DNA of 64,000 nt from Eledone cirrhosa (GCA_964016885.1 OZ024743.1:302622001-302686000), one strand, 5' to 3'; shown: positions 12,977-27,685, counted from the first letter of the stretch. Translations and numbers: made by a program. The notes: generated from the letters alone by a model not told the origin.

Positions 12977-13173
12977 ATAACGAGGAATCAGTAATCAAAA
13001 GACAATTTTGCATTCATACGTTCCTCGGATATGCTTTGCGTTTTCAAAGCATTGATGCATTACTGATTTCTCGTAATCTATCATAATGTACTCTGCTCTG
13101 CGCGATCATAGACTGCTCAAACGGCATACAGCCTACGGACGCATTTAATTGCAATCATACAACTATATATACA

Positions 13174-13219
<46 letters not shown>

Positions 13220-13253
13220 GTATATATATATATATAATGTAACATTGCTGTTC

Positions 13254-13327
<74 letters not shown>

Positions 13328-13329
<2 letters not shown>

Positions 13330-14096
13330 GAACAGCAATGTTACATGGCAGTGAGACTTGGTCATTGTGTGCAGAGGATCTACGCAGACTGGAGAGGAAC
13401 GAAGCTTGCATGCTCAGTTGGATGTGTAATAGTAATATACGTGAACGGCAAAGCATAAATGAACTAAGTGAGAAATTAGGAATAAGAGGGATCAGATGCT
13501 GTTTACTCGAGAGAAGACTACGTTGGTATGGTCATGTGATGCGCAGGAAAGACGACATATATATGAAAAAGTGCAGGGCGATCAAAATAGACCGTAGCCA
13601 CGGTGTACGCAGACCCGGAAAAACCTGGGACGACTTGATAAATTCCGACCTCACACACTTACACCTCTCCAAGTCAATGTCACTGGACCGAGATCTTTGG
13701 CGCTTCGCAGTAATACAGAAGACCCGCCGTGCCTAAGTGCAACGAGAAACCTACAGTCAGTAGGCACCTCTTACCAAAATACACCTCCGTCCAACTACCC
13801 CACCCCATCCACACCACCTCCTTTCTCTGTAAATTTATGTTGGTGCCACAACATCCAGTCCTAAATAAATGAGGTCGTGTAGGTGTCACGACAAAAAAAA
13901 CACACATGTAATGTGGCCGTGTAGGTAACACGGTAAAAACCTTGCAGTCCACATTGTAAAAGCCGTTGGTGTTAGGAAGGGCATCCAGCCGTAGAAAACC
14001 CGCCAGAAAGTCCTATACAAGCAAGACAACCAATCTTGCCTCAAGTGAGAAAATTCCCGTCCAAACCCATGCTAGCGTGGAAGATGGACGTTAAAC

Positions 14097-14132
<36 letters not shown>
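13328..14132 (+). mobile_element. RTE-type LINE 3' fragment with 3' UTR and (GAT)n tail
   Basis: MLHGSETW...[11 protein letters not shown]...RPGKTW. 3' tail GTTGGTGTTAGGAAGGGCATCCAGCCGTAG...GTTAAACGATGATGAT. Confidence 0.85.
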
Positions 14133-14153
14133 ATGTAATATCAGGAGGGCTTG

Positions 14154-14339
14154 TTAAGCCATCATTACGTCTATTGATTGGTGATGCGCGTTTCTCTATT
14201 GATCAGCTGCAGTAGTTACTACAGTAGAGGTGCGACGAGCTATTTATTCCATAGTCCGGCCAGATCGATGGATCACGGACCATGAGCTGATCAATAGCGA
14301 AACGCGCGTCACCAATGAATAAACGTAATGAAGGCTTAA
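14154..14339. repeat. Small fold-back element (about 60 bp inverted arms) containing a hammerhead
   Basis: TTAAGCCATCATTACGT...TTGATCAGCT at 14154-14208 is the reverse complement of about 14285-14339. Confidence 0.8.
14229..14313 (+). ncRNA. Hammerhead with long stem II and mutated core (GCGACGA)
   Basis: GGT GCGACGA GCTATT...AATAGC GAAA CGCGCG TC ACC; palindromic stem III. Confidence 0.65.
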
Positions 14340-14516
14340 AAAATCGTTCTAGTATTATTATATGATTATATTACACCCTGTCGAGCTCTACACTTCGCTA
14401 CTGACTTGAAACTAAATTTCGAGTGCTCCTTGGATATATATATATATGGTGCAAATTTATACGGGAACAAAACAGAGGCAGACAAATAAAGGTTGATTAG
14501 GTTCCCGCTTTTGAGA

Positions 14517-14572
<56 letters not shown>

Positions 14573-14576
14573 AGAG

Positions 14577-14608
<32 letters not shown>

Positions 14609-15214
14609 GGGGGGGGATATGTAATTATTTATATGTGTGTACATAGTCATATATATTTGTATGTAGTTGAACGCATTTAATTCATTGCTCATTAATTATT
14701 CTTATCCTAATAATTATTTCACCTCTGTTAATACAGTTTGTTTAGGCTATTAATTTATTAATAATTAGTAATTCTCCTAGTGATTGAAACTTTACTCCTG
14801 AATTAAGCTTCGATATTTTTTTTCTTAATGTACTCTATTAATATTATGCTTGAAGTTTTTATTACTTCAATTAGTAATTATAATTAAAAGCTCTGATTGT
14901 GATCCTATAGTGTTATTGTAGTGTCTAACAAACGTGAATTAGATTTGGTTAGGCAAATAAATACTGATTAGTTCTGACACCTCAAAATTTATTGCGATAA
15001 CATTTTAATTTGTACGTTTATTCTTCCATAAAAATTTAACGCATAACCAACTGTAATTTAAACTTGTTTACATTTTCGTATTGAAGATGTATGATATCGA
15101 AAGAAAATATGTTATATATATTGTTTAATGGATTTATATTGTTTAACAAATCAATACAGAGGAGAATGATGGAATATCTCTATGTATTGATAGAAACGTT
15201 CGTTAATCAATTAA

Positions 15215-15390
15215 TTAATTGTTTATACTTATGGCACAAGGCCAGCAATTACCAGTGCATTACTGGTACTTTATTTCATCGACTCCGTAAGGATGAAAGG
15301 AGAAATTGACCTCCTCGGGATTTGAACTCAATCCGTAATGGGACGTAACTGTGCTGCAAAGCATGGCGTCCGACCCTCTACCGATACAAT
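15215..15390 (-). mobile_element. tRNA-derived SINE (octopus-type)
   Basis: Minus strand GAGTTCAAATCCCGAGGAGGTCAA...TTTCATCCTTACGGAGTCGATGAAATAAAGTACCAGT; same family at 17410 and 49855. Confidence 0.8.
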
Positions 15391-15635
15391 TAATATAATG
15401 TAATTTCATCCTGGTTATTTTGTTCTTTTATAGATGTTCTGCGATTTTTCAATAGTACTGTGATTGGAAATTAACTGATTGGATTAAACTATGATCTGTC
15501 TTTTACCTGTCTTGCTGAGGACTATAAAATCACACTTGAGCTTTCAATTACAAGTTGTCATGTATGGTTGTTATGACAAGTTGTCAAAACTACTATATAT
15601 ATATATAAACTATATATAAACTATATATATATATA

Positions 15636-15850
15636 GTAATAATAATAAATTTGAAGACTAAAATCCAAAGAGGGCTCGATAAGGATAAATATACATCAAA
15701 TATATAAGAACCGTAGAGCAAATAGATCGTATTCCGTCTTCATTCGGTTGCGACATATTTTGAAATATTTACTTTTGCGTTCACAGTTTCAGAAGGACCC
15801 GTTAAGGGTGAAAGGAGCGATTATTTGCTTAAACTTTAATATGTTATTTA
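15636..15850. mobile_element. Rearranged 3'-end fragment of family-A PLE, with hammerhead at 15785-15835 (+)
   Basis: 15636-15722 is the reverse complement of about 2050-2136. 15785-15835 reads AGTTT CAGAAGG ACCC-GTTAA-GGGT GAAA...GCTT AAACT. Confidence 0.75.
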
Positions 15851-15962
15851 AAAGACATATATATATATATAAATATATATATAATACAGATGAGATTCTA
15901 CAGGAGTAGAACTGTTTCATTCTTTGCAAATTATCAGGAATCTTTTGTAAAAAAATCCTCAC

Positions 15963-16030
<68 letters not shown>

Positions 16031-16039
16031 ATGTAGCTG

Positions 16040-16685
<646 letters not shown>

Positions 16686-16821
16686 TTATTAGAAAGTGAG
16701 GTTTTTTTACAACATGAATAATAGCCGGTGTGATACACGAGTGAAATTATAAAGAAAAAAAATAAAATCGAAAATGCAACTAGAGTCTTTTTTAAAATAA
16801 ATATATATATATCTATTTGGT

Positions 16822-16860
16822 TCCTTTACCGGTTTCGCAGTCTTCTGGTTTTCAAAAGTA
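16822..16860 (-). ncRNA. Minimal hammerhead, U3-A8 core (family D)
   Basis: TACTT TTGAAAA CCAG-AAGA-CTGC GAAA CCGG TA AAGG; palindromic stem III ACCGGT. Confidence 0.7.
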
Positions 16861-17294
16861 GAGTTTTTTCTTACATCTGGTTGGTCTTTGAATGTTACTT
16901 CTGTTTGATATGTAAAAAAGTGACTCGAAATGCCAGGTTTTTAGAAAAGTAATTTAATTGGGTGGAGAATAAGTATAATAAATTTCGCACCCGTTCCCGT
17001 TACAAAGCTCTTCAAACAAAGGGGGGGGGGGGGGGCTCAGATTGTTTTTTCATATATGAGTGAAGTTTGGTTGGTTGATGCAGTCACGTGAATTAGCACA
17101 TCAGCTTTCGCACCAGTTTGTGTTTGAATTTCTTTTTACTTAAAAAAAAGTGGCTCACGAAGGCTTTTTTATATTTTGTAATTTGGTTGGATTTAAATGA
17201 AATTATGACTGGCACGTGAACAAGTACATTAAATTTCGCGCCCCTATTTTGGAATTTTTTTATACCCATTTACAGAATTTTGTGCCAAACAAAA

Positions 17295-17572
17295 GGTAAT
17301 TGTTTCTACTTTTGGCACAAGGCCAGCAAATACCCAGCACATTAGTGGTACTTTATTTTATCGAGCCCGTATGCGTGAAAGGCAAAGTTAACCTCGGTGG
17401 GTGACTAATAATTGTCTCTACTTTTGGCACAAGGCCAGCAATTATACAGTGTATTACTGGTACTTTATTTTATCGACCCCGTAAGGATGAAAGGCAAAGA
17501 TAAGCTCGGTGGGATTTGAACTCAGATCATAAAGAGCCGTAAATCTTTGCTACAAAGCATGGCGTCCGATCC
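17295..17572 (-). mobile_element. Two tandem copies (one partial) of the tRNA-derived SINE
   Basis: CTACTTTTGGCACAAGGCCAGC...TTTATCGA.CCCGTA repeated at about 17306 and 17417; B-box in the second copy. Confidence 0.8.
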
Positions 17573-18941
17573 TAATGGTCAAGAAAAAGAGATGGAGAGA
17601 GTTGTTCTGAGTATAACTGACGATCTGTAATTTGATTGGTTATAAATGAAATTATGACTGTCAGGTGGACAAGTTAATTAAATTTCGCGCCCGTACTTTT
17701 TGAATTTATTTTGTAGTGTTTTCGAGAATTTTGTGCCAAACAAAAGATAATGGTCAAGAGAAATGGGATGGGGAGAATTGTTCGGTTCAGTGAGTATGGC
17801 TGGTGGGCTGGGTTGTCAGAATTCAGACTTTCTATTGAAATAAAGAAAGTAGAGATATCTATGTTTATTTGTGTGCCTGTGTGTGTGTGTGTGTCTGTGT
17901 GTGTGTGTGTGTGTAGGAAGATGATTATATTAGTAGAATTTGGGGAGGGAGTTGTGTGTGTGTGTTTATGGGTGTTATGTGTGTGTGTATGTGTGTATGG
18001 GACTATGGTTAGCATGTTAAGATGGAGAGAATATATATATATTTTTTTGGTGTGTGTGAAAGAAAATGATTCTATTAGTAGAAATGGGGGAGGGAGTTGT
18101 GTGTGTATGGGTGGTATGTATGTGTGTATGGGTATTATGTGTGTGTGTGTGTAAGTGTGTGTGGGAGTATGGTTAGCATGTTAAGATGAGAGATTATATA
18201 TATTTTTTCTGTGTGTGTGTGTGTTTAGGAAAATGATTCCGTTAGTAGAAATGAGGGAGGGAGATATGTGCGTCTGGCGGGTGTGGTTAGCATGTTAATG
18301 TGTTAGAGTATTAACGTATGTTATGTTTTTTTTGGTTCTGGTTTTTATTTTCTAAAATAGAAGGTTTTATGTGTGTGTGTATGTGTCTGTTTGGATGGTT
18401 AGCATGTTATGTTGTTGACATAATGTATATTAAACTATATTTAATGCTGGTCTATATTTTTGAATAAACATATTTTCCTTATTTATTCGTATTTGTATTG
18501 TTGTATTGTCAGCGCAAAGATAAAATCGGAAGGCTTGGAATTTGGGTGTCTTATTACTTGAGCATATGTCAAGATGTCACCTAGTGGTATTTGTTTCGTG
18601 GTTGGATCTCGTAATTGTTGGCGATGAACTGTTATTCTGTTTCTGAGCGTGAGTTTAGTTGGTCCTATATAATCTTCATTGCATCCTTTTCATTTAATGG
18701 CATAAAGTAGATTTTTTGATGAGCAAGTGAAGTGATTTTTTACAGCAACATTCTGTCATGATTTAAATTTATACGTGTTGCCTTCAATGATGTGAGTGCA
18801 GGTTCCACAATTAGAGCGACCACATGTTTTGACTGTTGGTTGTAGGTTTGTGGTAGGTAATTTGGCATTGGTGAGTAATGTTTTTAGTCATTTCGGTTGT
18901 CTTTTGCGTTTGATTATTTTGTGTGTTTCAAGGGATTTTTT

Positions 18942-18992
<51 letters not shown>

Positions 18993-19849
18993 TGAATAAA
19001 CATTAAGACATATATTATGTCTCTTTAGTCACATCAATGTACAGTTTTTAGGCACTCATTACACCAGCAACTGGACCTGCTGTGGCTCCTGTAGTGATAA
19101 CACAACGTTGTAAATTTGGGGTCAGTTGATATGCCACATGTAAAGGCTACAATGATTGTGTAAGCTCGATGAACTTTCGACTTGCTAAATAATTTTCCTC
19201 CTTTATATTTCGTGTGTTAGCGGTATCTATTTGCGAATTTGTGGATTCTATAAATTATAGGAGGTCTTAAATTGATTCAAGTATTGATATCTAACAGTAT
19301 AATCTTTATGTGTTGTCAAGTTCCCAGCTATAAATCAACCATCCTTTTTCTTTTCCAACATAGGCTTTCCCCCCTAAGATCGAGCATATTTCTTTGTGGG
19401 ATTACTGTCCGTTTCCATTAAACATTCACTGTTTTAATGTTACCCTTCATATGGTTAATTGGAACTGTTGTCACTTTATTATCATGAAAACACAGACAGC
19501 AGCAACAATGCATCCACTTTCACCAGCATCAACTAAGCCAGAACAAGGAGAACAACGATAATAATTATAACACTAAAATAATAATAATAGCTATAATGAT
19601 AAATGGTGTGATTTTGATGAGTTATTTTCAACCACAAAATGTTTACATTAAGATAAACATTAACGGCGCCACAGAACTAACGATTGAATGCGTGGGTCTG
19701 TCGGAGCATGGGTTCTGTGTGTATAATAATAATAAAGGGGCTAGAAATAAAATGTTAGCAATAGTATTTCTCAATAGGGAGGAGAGTTCCTGTAAAACGC
19801 CATGAAACCCAGATTACTATGACTTGTTCAGCTTCGATTTTTAGGTTAC

Positions 19850-21345
19850 AGGTGCCTGCTCGGGAAATGCACGTCCATTTGGAACATGCTTGCGACTCTC
19901 ATCCAACGTTCAATATAATGGCTCGAAGGCAATACTTCCCTTCCCACAATGGTTTCCCGTTTCAAACTCGAAGATGTTGAAGAGAGATTCCCTAAAGTGA
20001 ACGGTATTTATATTCATCCCCATCAATTGCGTCCACCATTAAACCGATTTCGCCATGGCAGTGAAACATATAAAATTCACCTGTCTGTAAAGGGTAAATG
20101 AAGGCCGATGGGAAAATTTTATAGCGAATCCAGTCGATAGCCGGATCCGTTATATAGGTGACATCATATTTTCCAACTACCTATAGTTCAGCAACGCTAA
20201 TGCAATGAACAAATGCGTTTAGGACGATTTCATCGGCCACCGTACATCTTGGACATGCTCAAAGGTAGCACTTCCATTATTCTATTGCTTATCTGGACCT
20301 CTTGATAGTACGGGTAAGCAAGAGATTTCTGGCGGTTATCTATCGGACTTGACCCGAAAGATGTGACGAACGGAAGAAACACGTGTCTGACATAGCCGAC
20401 CACACCACTTCATCGTCAGTGAAACACTAGGAATGTAATCTCAATGCATATTAGCAAATCAGCAGCCACGTACTGCCCAGTGAACGCCGCGGATGATTTT
20501 GACAGGAGGTTGGTCATCTAACCATTGGAACATGGCCTTCCTAGAAAATCCGAAAGTTTAGGTACTCTGGTGCAATCAGTTGTGAACCGGATAAAGCCAT
20601 TCCGGCCAGGCGGTAGTAGATGACAGACGAGATGTAGGCGTTCAGGATCTCTGTCCGACCTTTCAGGGACCGTTTCCTTTTGGCCATTTTCTGAGTGAGA
20701 GCGTCCATCCTGTTTGTTACCTCGTCCCAGCTTTTCTACATTTGGAAACCTAGATCAATCCAGACCCCGATTAATTTAACCAATCCGTCTGACCTTCCCT
20801 CTACGTCACAGTTAGTGGTCATGTACTTGCCTTTCCGGTGCCGAGCTACACACACGCTGTTATTTCCTGTTTAATGTTGTTCCTGTTAATATTTTGAATT
20901 CCCTCAGAGCAGTGCCGATCATCATGATAGAATTGGGTCACGAAACCAACTCGGTGACTTCGTATATTTATCTTCCGCATATCAAGTTTGCTCAGGATGT
21001 ATCTCAGCGTTCCAAGTTTGTGCAGTTGTGGCACGGGATTCATTATGTCCAATATGGATGAAAAGATGCAAAGTTGACGCAGAGACCATGATATTGAATG
21101 GTTCCGAGAAGGGACAGTTCACGCTCCTCACTCGAGAGATGAGGCTCAGCAATGCAGAAATCCATACCGTGTAAACAGTCGGAAGCCTGCTACTCAGAAG
21201 GAACTGCCACGTACCGATTTTCCACCTCATCGAAAGCTTCCGAATGTTCAAAGTTAATGAAGGGACCACTTGTTCCAGGCTTCATAGTCATTCTCTCTAT
21301 GGTGGATCACATAAGATGAAGGTTGTCGTGGATGGAATATTTAGG
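19850..21345 (-). mobile_element. Degenerate L1/Tx1-like LINE ORF2 3' fragment
   Basis: GC-richer block. Minus-strand remnants (AKSV.WWTQLMG, LIGVWI) parallel 46100-47900 (AK.IVWWTRLKG, LLGVWF). Confidence 0.55.
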
Positions 21346-22659
21346 AGAGATATATATGAACTTCAAAGCAGTAATACTATTTAATTCTTACGTTATATAT
21401 CACTCCTAATTATTTATACAAGAAATAGATCATTCCTTTTTGTATTATTCACAAGAGTAATTAATTCTGCAATTATTGAAACAATATGATTGAAATAGTA
21501 AACACACTGTGTGTATATATGTGTCTGTTTTTGTAAATGTGCGATACAAATGTTAAATATTTCAATACAGATATATGTATGAATATACAAACAGATCTCT
21601 AGTATTGTTAAACATTATGCCATTGTTTTCTAATTGTTTGAAATGTTCACATGATAATATGATTTCAAACTAAGATTTAATATATATATCACTTGATTGT
21701 GTTAAATTATTCCGTAAAAGATTTGAAACATTTTCCTTCGTATTTCACTATTCCTTTTACAGAATCTGTTTTGAAAGTGCGTGTTAGATGGTTTCTTCAT
21801 TTACCTAAAAACACCTGCATCATTCAGATTAATACTTCACAGTTTACAAAATTTTTTATGGTTACTAAACTAAATTGATTATCTGGATGTTTACAGAAGT
21901 TGTAGTTGTCCATGCATCTCTTCACAAATAATCTCTCATGCGTTTCTCACCCTCTCTCTTTCTGTCTCACTTTTCCCTATCTATCTATTTCTATACACCT
22001 GTATCCCGCACTCATTTTGAGCGATATGTCCTGTCTCCTGCGCAGCTAGCCAATGAATTTCGGTTATATTTCCGAAATAAATGTATCATTCTTGCCTATC
22101 TATGCAAAGCACTAAAGAGAATATTATCAAAAGTTTATTTTAGCATGTCTCGGAACAATATGTTCTACAGACATATGTCATAAACGGTAGGGCCTATCAC
22201 ATTTTCAGTACTCCGGAATGTAGTGATATATGACTCCAAGAAAGAATATGTACCTTGTTAACATGGACATAACACTCGAGAATACTCTATATAAACTTTT
22301 CTCCATCACATATTTGAATTAGCTTTCCAATGGTGGGTGGGATCACAAAGTATAACTTTACAATTGACTGTGTTTTGGTGAATATAGGGTTTCTTCCTCA
22401 CATTTGAATACTTTCCCCATGGATGGTTTATGCTGTTCTGTTTAGCAGATGCTAACTGTTGCGTATTACTCTACTCGAAACCTATTTTCCGCTTGTTAAT
22501 CTGGGATAGAGTGTATCGATATCATTATAGCTGTGAGATACTCTATTTTAGGTAAACATTTTAATTATCTTCAATTTGTCTGACCGAACGTAAGCTTTAG
22601 AACAGTAAGATATTCTAAAATGTTTCTATCAACATGCGTACTGCATATTCCTTGTGAAC

Positions 22660-22725
22660 GACGAGGTTTGGCTTGAAGGTTCATAGGCTGAATAGAAAGG
22701 ATTGATGCTATTGCTGTGAAATCGT
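22660..22725 (+). repeat. Probable Tc1/mariner-like terminal fragment
   Basis: ACGAGG...GTTCATAGGCTG...TGCTA..GCTGTGAAAT, shared with 51881-51945. Confidence 0.35.
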
Positions 22726-25700
22726 ACATGCGTTAATGTCAACTCTTCATTTTAATAACTGCATTGTGTCTTTCCAGGGAATATGTTGAAATATAAAACT
22801 CAATCCATGAGAGTATAGCATTTTGGTGAGCCTAAGATAATTTAAGCCTATTAACCATTTGGCCGACTCTCGCAATACCTTGCGAAAATATTAATTCTTT
22901 CTTAAATATTCCCTGTGAACATCAACATTGTATAATACATATTAAATCCACAATTAATAATAATATCGTTTGGGCAATAGGTTTCACGGGTTCTACGGTC
23001 AATTGAAAAAGAAGACTTTCAATGAAACATATTCACTCATGTATTTTGTGAATATTAATAAGCGCAGACATTTCGAGTAATTATAAATAGTGTATTGTAG
23101 ATTTCATACTTATTCTTGTTGATTATAGTCAGCAAGGAAATGATGATGTTCAATGGCGTGTGCTGTTATTATAGACCTTATTATGTAAACATTACATTTT
23201 TGAAATTTACACGAAAATTGATTTTCTGCAAACAGAAACAGAATCATAATGTCTAATCTAAATGTTCATTTAAAAATAATTGTAATGTTAAATAACATCA
23301 AGTTTGGGAACATTCACCAGTCAACTATACATCTTTCAACTGTAGCACCTCTTGCAATAGAAGTGTTTTCCGATTGCTGTCGTTTCAAGAACCAAGCTTC
23401 TTTATATCAAGCTATATTGTCATAGGTTTTAAGCGTATAAGCATTACCTATCTCTAATTACCTATGTATTACCTATCTCTAATTTTAACACATAATTATG
23501 TCAAATACATTGCAATAATCAGCTTGCATAAAGAAATGTACACAATATTCAAATGAAAAAATAAAAACACATTTATTTGTGTCAATTGAGCCTTATTATC
23601 ATAAACGTGCTATAAGGTGATCATTTGTGTTTTAATTGCCCATTCTTAACTCCTTATACCAATATTCAAATATATATCTTTTTTCCACAACATTTAGGAG
23701 ACCATCGGAAATGATAATATGCTTTACTTCTAACGGTTATCCAGTATGATTTCCTGTTATATTCACTTAATGCATTATGTTATAAATATTTCCTCTAAGT
23801 AAAAAAAAAAAAAAAAAAGGGAAATGATTTACGATCTATGTGCGGAAGTCATTCTTTTTATGCAATATCAGGATGAGAATCAATTATTGATAGAGTGGTG
23901 GTTCACGTAAAACATCTATTTAGATACGGAGTTTCATACAGAACATCTTGAGTTCAAGTGTTAAAACGTTAATTTACACTTGATAAATTCGTGTGTAGGG
24001 TTTGGGTTAATTTTCGAGTGTTCTTTACTAAGAAATACGTGGTTATTGACATTATTCCCCCATGAAAACATCTAAATCCTACACACTAATTTTGAAAACA
24101 TCTAAATATCCACCTCTGCAGCTTACGATGTTGATACTTTTTACTATTCTTTTTTTCCGCTTAAATCAACTACGTGTTCAGGAAATATCTTCTTGACCTT
24201 TCTCTGTGTGAATCTTGAATGAAGTTCATCGGAAGTAATTGTTGTTTCCTTCTACTCTCGTAAAAAAAAAATCGTTAAAAAATATATATATTCTTATAAA
24301 CTGCATTCATAATTTATTCAATGCTCTACATATATAACACGCCCGTCTGTTAAATTGGGAATTAGACAGAATTATATGTGTATTGTATGGTGATGGTCGT
24401 AGTAACAATACAAATCTCACCACACTTTAAGGTAAAAACTATACACATATTTCTACTTGGTTTTATAATTGTGTTGATGACGATGATGATCATGATGGTG
24501 ATGAGGATGATAGTGAATATGGGGTCGAAGATGGCGCTATTTCGAAGATAAGTGTTGGTTAGTTCCATATACTTAACTACATACTCGTTAACAATAATAA
24601 CATGCAATTGGTTAACAGATTCAATCACATTCGATCTTATATTGTAGTTTTTAGCCATGCATTTGTTTTTGATTGACTGATCTATGTATTCCAGCTAGCA
24701 TTTATATTTTCCCGCTTTTTATTCTTTCTAAACGTATTTTTATCTATTCATAATATTTTACTATCAAGGCTTTTTATACCTTTTGCTTATATGCCTTCTT
24801 ATTTCTTTGATATAGATCGTTCCTTCTGCGTACAATTAAAAACGTGGTGCTAGATAAATTAGTAAGACGATGCATGTTTTCAATGCACTTTGTAATTACC
24901 GGTTATATATTTTTTCAGAAAATCACATCCATTTCTTCGTATTTCGTAATACCTGGCCTGCTATGTTTATTAAATTTGGAGAGATTATTCAGCTTGAGCA
25001 ATTCTCACAAGTGCTGATCCAACAAATATCACTTTCCCAATCCATCCCCACAACCCTCTATTGCTTTCAATCTTATATTTACATCAGTTCTAAGTAAGAT
25101 GTTTTGTTTGTTTTAATTTAAAGGTTAACATTGTACATTAGTTTCAGATTTTCTTTCTTTTACATGAATACATACCCGCTTTCTATTTAGCGGAGACATC
25201 TTGCCTTCGGCACTCTTTTCGGGTATTTCTTTAATCATTTCTTTTTTGTATTTGCTGCTATTATTTTCTTCTTCATTAATGCTCTATTTTCATTATTTTC
25301 AGAGGTCATGCGCATGCTTCTAAATACGAATGATTAACATTTAGAATATAACATGACCGAAGGGAACAGATAGTAGTCATCCTGTACCAAATTATAAAAT
25401 GACTTTCGTATCGCATAGGGAGAAAATAATTCTGAAAGTGTTATGGTAATATTTTTCCTTTAGCAAAGTGTAGTAGTCATCCCCTAAAAAAGTATGCAAT
25501 GACATTCCCTGACAAAATTGGACATAAACAATAAGTATTGTGTTTAAGATTCAAGGTTATAGAACAGTTCGTAGTGAGAAGATGCATCTGAATAATCAGA
25601 CAATAACATGCAAAAATAATGATTGTTTTTCACGAAGTGTCTATCCTGAGCACATAGTTCTCTACTATCTACGTAATACAGACATATTTGAAATGTATGG

Positions 25701-26039
25701 TGAGGTATTATAATGATTTCTCAATTTCTTCTCTTTTTGTGGGGTTGGAGAATAGCTTCGTCGGTTGCATGTTTCTAACATGTCGATCACTGGATTACTG
25801 AATTTCCCAGTACAAAAGTAAAAAGGCATTGTCTGTAACTACTGTAGAACAGTAAAAATATGCCATCGTACTATTTACGAGTAGTACTATTTATTCTCAA
25901 TACTTGTATACGCATTACCGATATATATGTATGAAATATATGTATGCGTGTGTATATATACATACATATTGACGCGTTCCACTCCCGAACGGAAGTCGAG
26001 TGATTTGTGTGACGCACAAATCTAGAGGCACCTTTTCAT

Positions 26040-27515
26040 CACGTTCATAGACGCCTGCCGTAAAGCTGTAAATCGCTTCGACCTCCGCCACCATTCCAAA
26101 CGGCATAACATCACACGGGGAGAACACCTCGCTCTCCGCTCCCTCCGTAGCCGACATGACATCGTCATCAAACCGGCGGGCAAGGGAGCCGCCGTGGTGG
26201 TGTGGCGCGCTGACCTCTACACGGCCGAAGCATTCAGGAGGCTCCGTAACCCCCTCTTCTACGCGCCCTCTACCATCAGACCCCACACCCCTCTACCAAC
26301 AACAAGTTTCCTCCACAATCCAACACCTTGTCTCCTCATCCCTCCTCCCTCACATCGCTTCCCACCTCATCGTCTCCGACACCAATCACACCCTTCGCCT
26401 GATCGACTCCCTCTCTTTCCCACCCAGCCCACAGCCCCTCCTCTTCACCCTAGATATCAAGTCCCTCTATAAGCCTACGTGCGCTCCGGCACTACCTCGA
26501 CCTTCGCCACCATCCTTCGACTTGCCGAGCTGGTCCTCACCCTCAACTGCTTCTCCTTCTCAGGTGAGTTTTACCAACAGGTCACGGGGGTAGCCATGGG
26601 CACAAGAATGTGCCCAAACTATGCCAAACTTTTCATTGGACATGTTGAGGCCCAAATATTTGCCCAGTACACCGGCCCACGCCAAAACTGTACGGTCGTT
26701 ACATCGACGACTGAATCAGAGCCACGACCCTCACCCAAGAACAGCTCGACTCCTTTCTCTCCTGCTTCTGCTCCTTCCACCCCTCCTTCCCTTTCACCAC
26801 CTCTATCTCCACCACCCACGTCCACTTCTTAGGCATCTCCGTCGCCATCGACCCCTCACACCACTCCCTCGTCACTCCGCCTTCTTCAAACCCACCGACG
26901 CCCACTCCTACCTCACTACACACACAAAACACTCTATTCCATACTCCCAACACCTCCGGATCCGCCACCTCTGCAACCGAGATGCTGACTTTGAGTCCCA
27001 GGCCCTTTCCCTAGTCAGACATTTCATCCGGAGAGGTTACCCCCTCCCTCGTCCACACCGCCTTCACTCGCGCCCGTGCTGTCAACCGCACTACCGCCCA
27101 CACCCCCACGCCACCACACACAAACACACGGTCGCCCCTTCCGCATCACCTACCGCCCATCCACCCTACCCCTCCACCGTACCAACCTCCGCCTCTTCCT
27201 ACGCCTCCAGTCCGGCCCCTCCACCTCCCACATCTTCCCATCCCCAGACGCACCCTCAAACTCGAACGCAATAACCGCACCCTCCTCGTCCGCAGTTCCC
27301 TATCCCCCAACCCACGCTCCTCCCCCCCGGTTCCCTTCCCTGCTCCAAGCCTCGTTTCCACACCTGCCCCCACATCACCAACACCACCACCTTCCAGGGT
27401 CCCAACGGCCACTCTCTCTCTGTCCGACACGCCTTCAGCTGACCTCCTCCAACCTAATCTATGGAATTCCCTGCACGGAGGGCAGCGCAACCTCCGTCGG
27501 ACAGACTGGCAGTCG

Positions 27516-27517
<2 letters not shown>
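26040..27517 (+). mobile_element. GC-rich Penelope (Poseidon-like) element, internally deleted and frameshifted
   Basis: IVIKPA..G.AVVVW, LFTLDIKSLY, LNCFSF.GEFYQQVTGVAMGT, GRYIDD, FKPTD.HSYL, SIPYSQ.LR, TCPHI, NLIYGI.C...VGQTG.RL. Confidence 0.9.
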
Positions 27518-27594
<77 letters not shown>

Positions 27595-27685
27595 ACTAAC
27601 AAGCTAGCAGCTCCCACAAGCACTGATGGTGATTATCGCTAAATATTGATGTTGATTTGGTTATCAATATTAATATTATTGGGCA

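Larger units (their letters stand above)
16690..18930 (-). mobile_element. Degenerate Penelope-like element (GIY-YIG relic + long 3' UTR), interrupted by SINEs
   Basis: 18500-18930 minus strand gives KTCGRSNCGTCTHII, HFTCSSKNLLYAIK, YIGPT..LRNR. HHR at the 3' end. Confidence 0.7.

Noticed and set aside
12979-13076. Short inverted repeat (ACGAGGAATCAGTAAT / ATTACTGATTTCTCGT) with TTGAAAA inside
   Set aside because: Could not assemble stems I-III or a GAAA in register.
19052-19109. Possible short host exon (AG...GT; ALITPATGPAVAPVVITQR)
   Set aside because: No partner exons or recognisable homology; needs RNA-seq.
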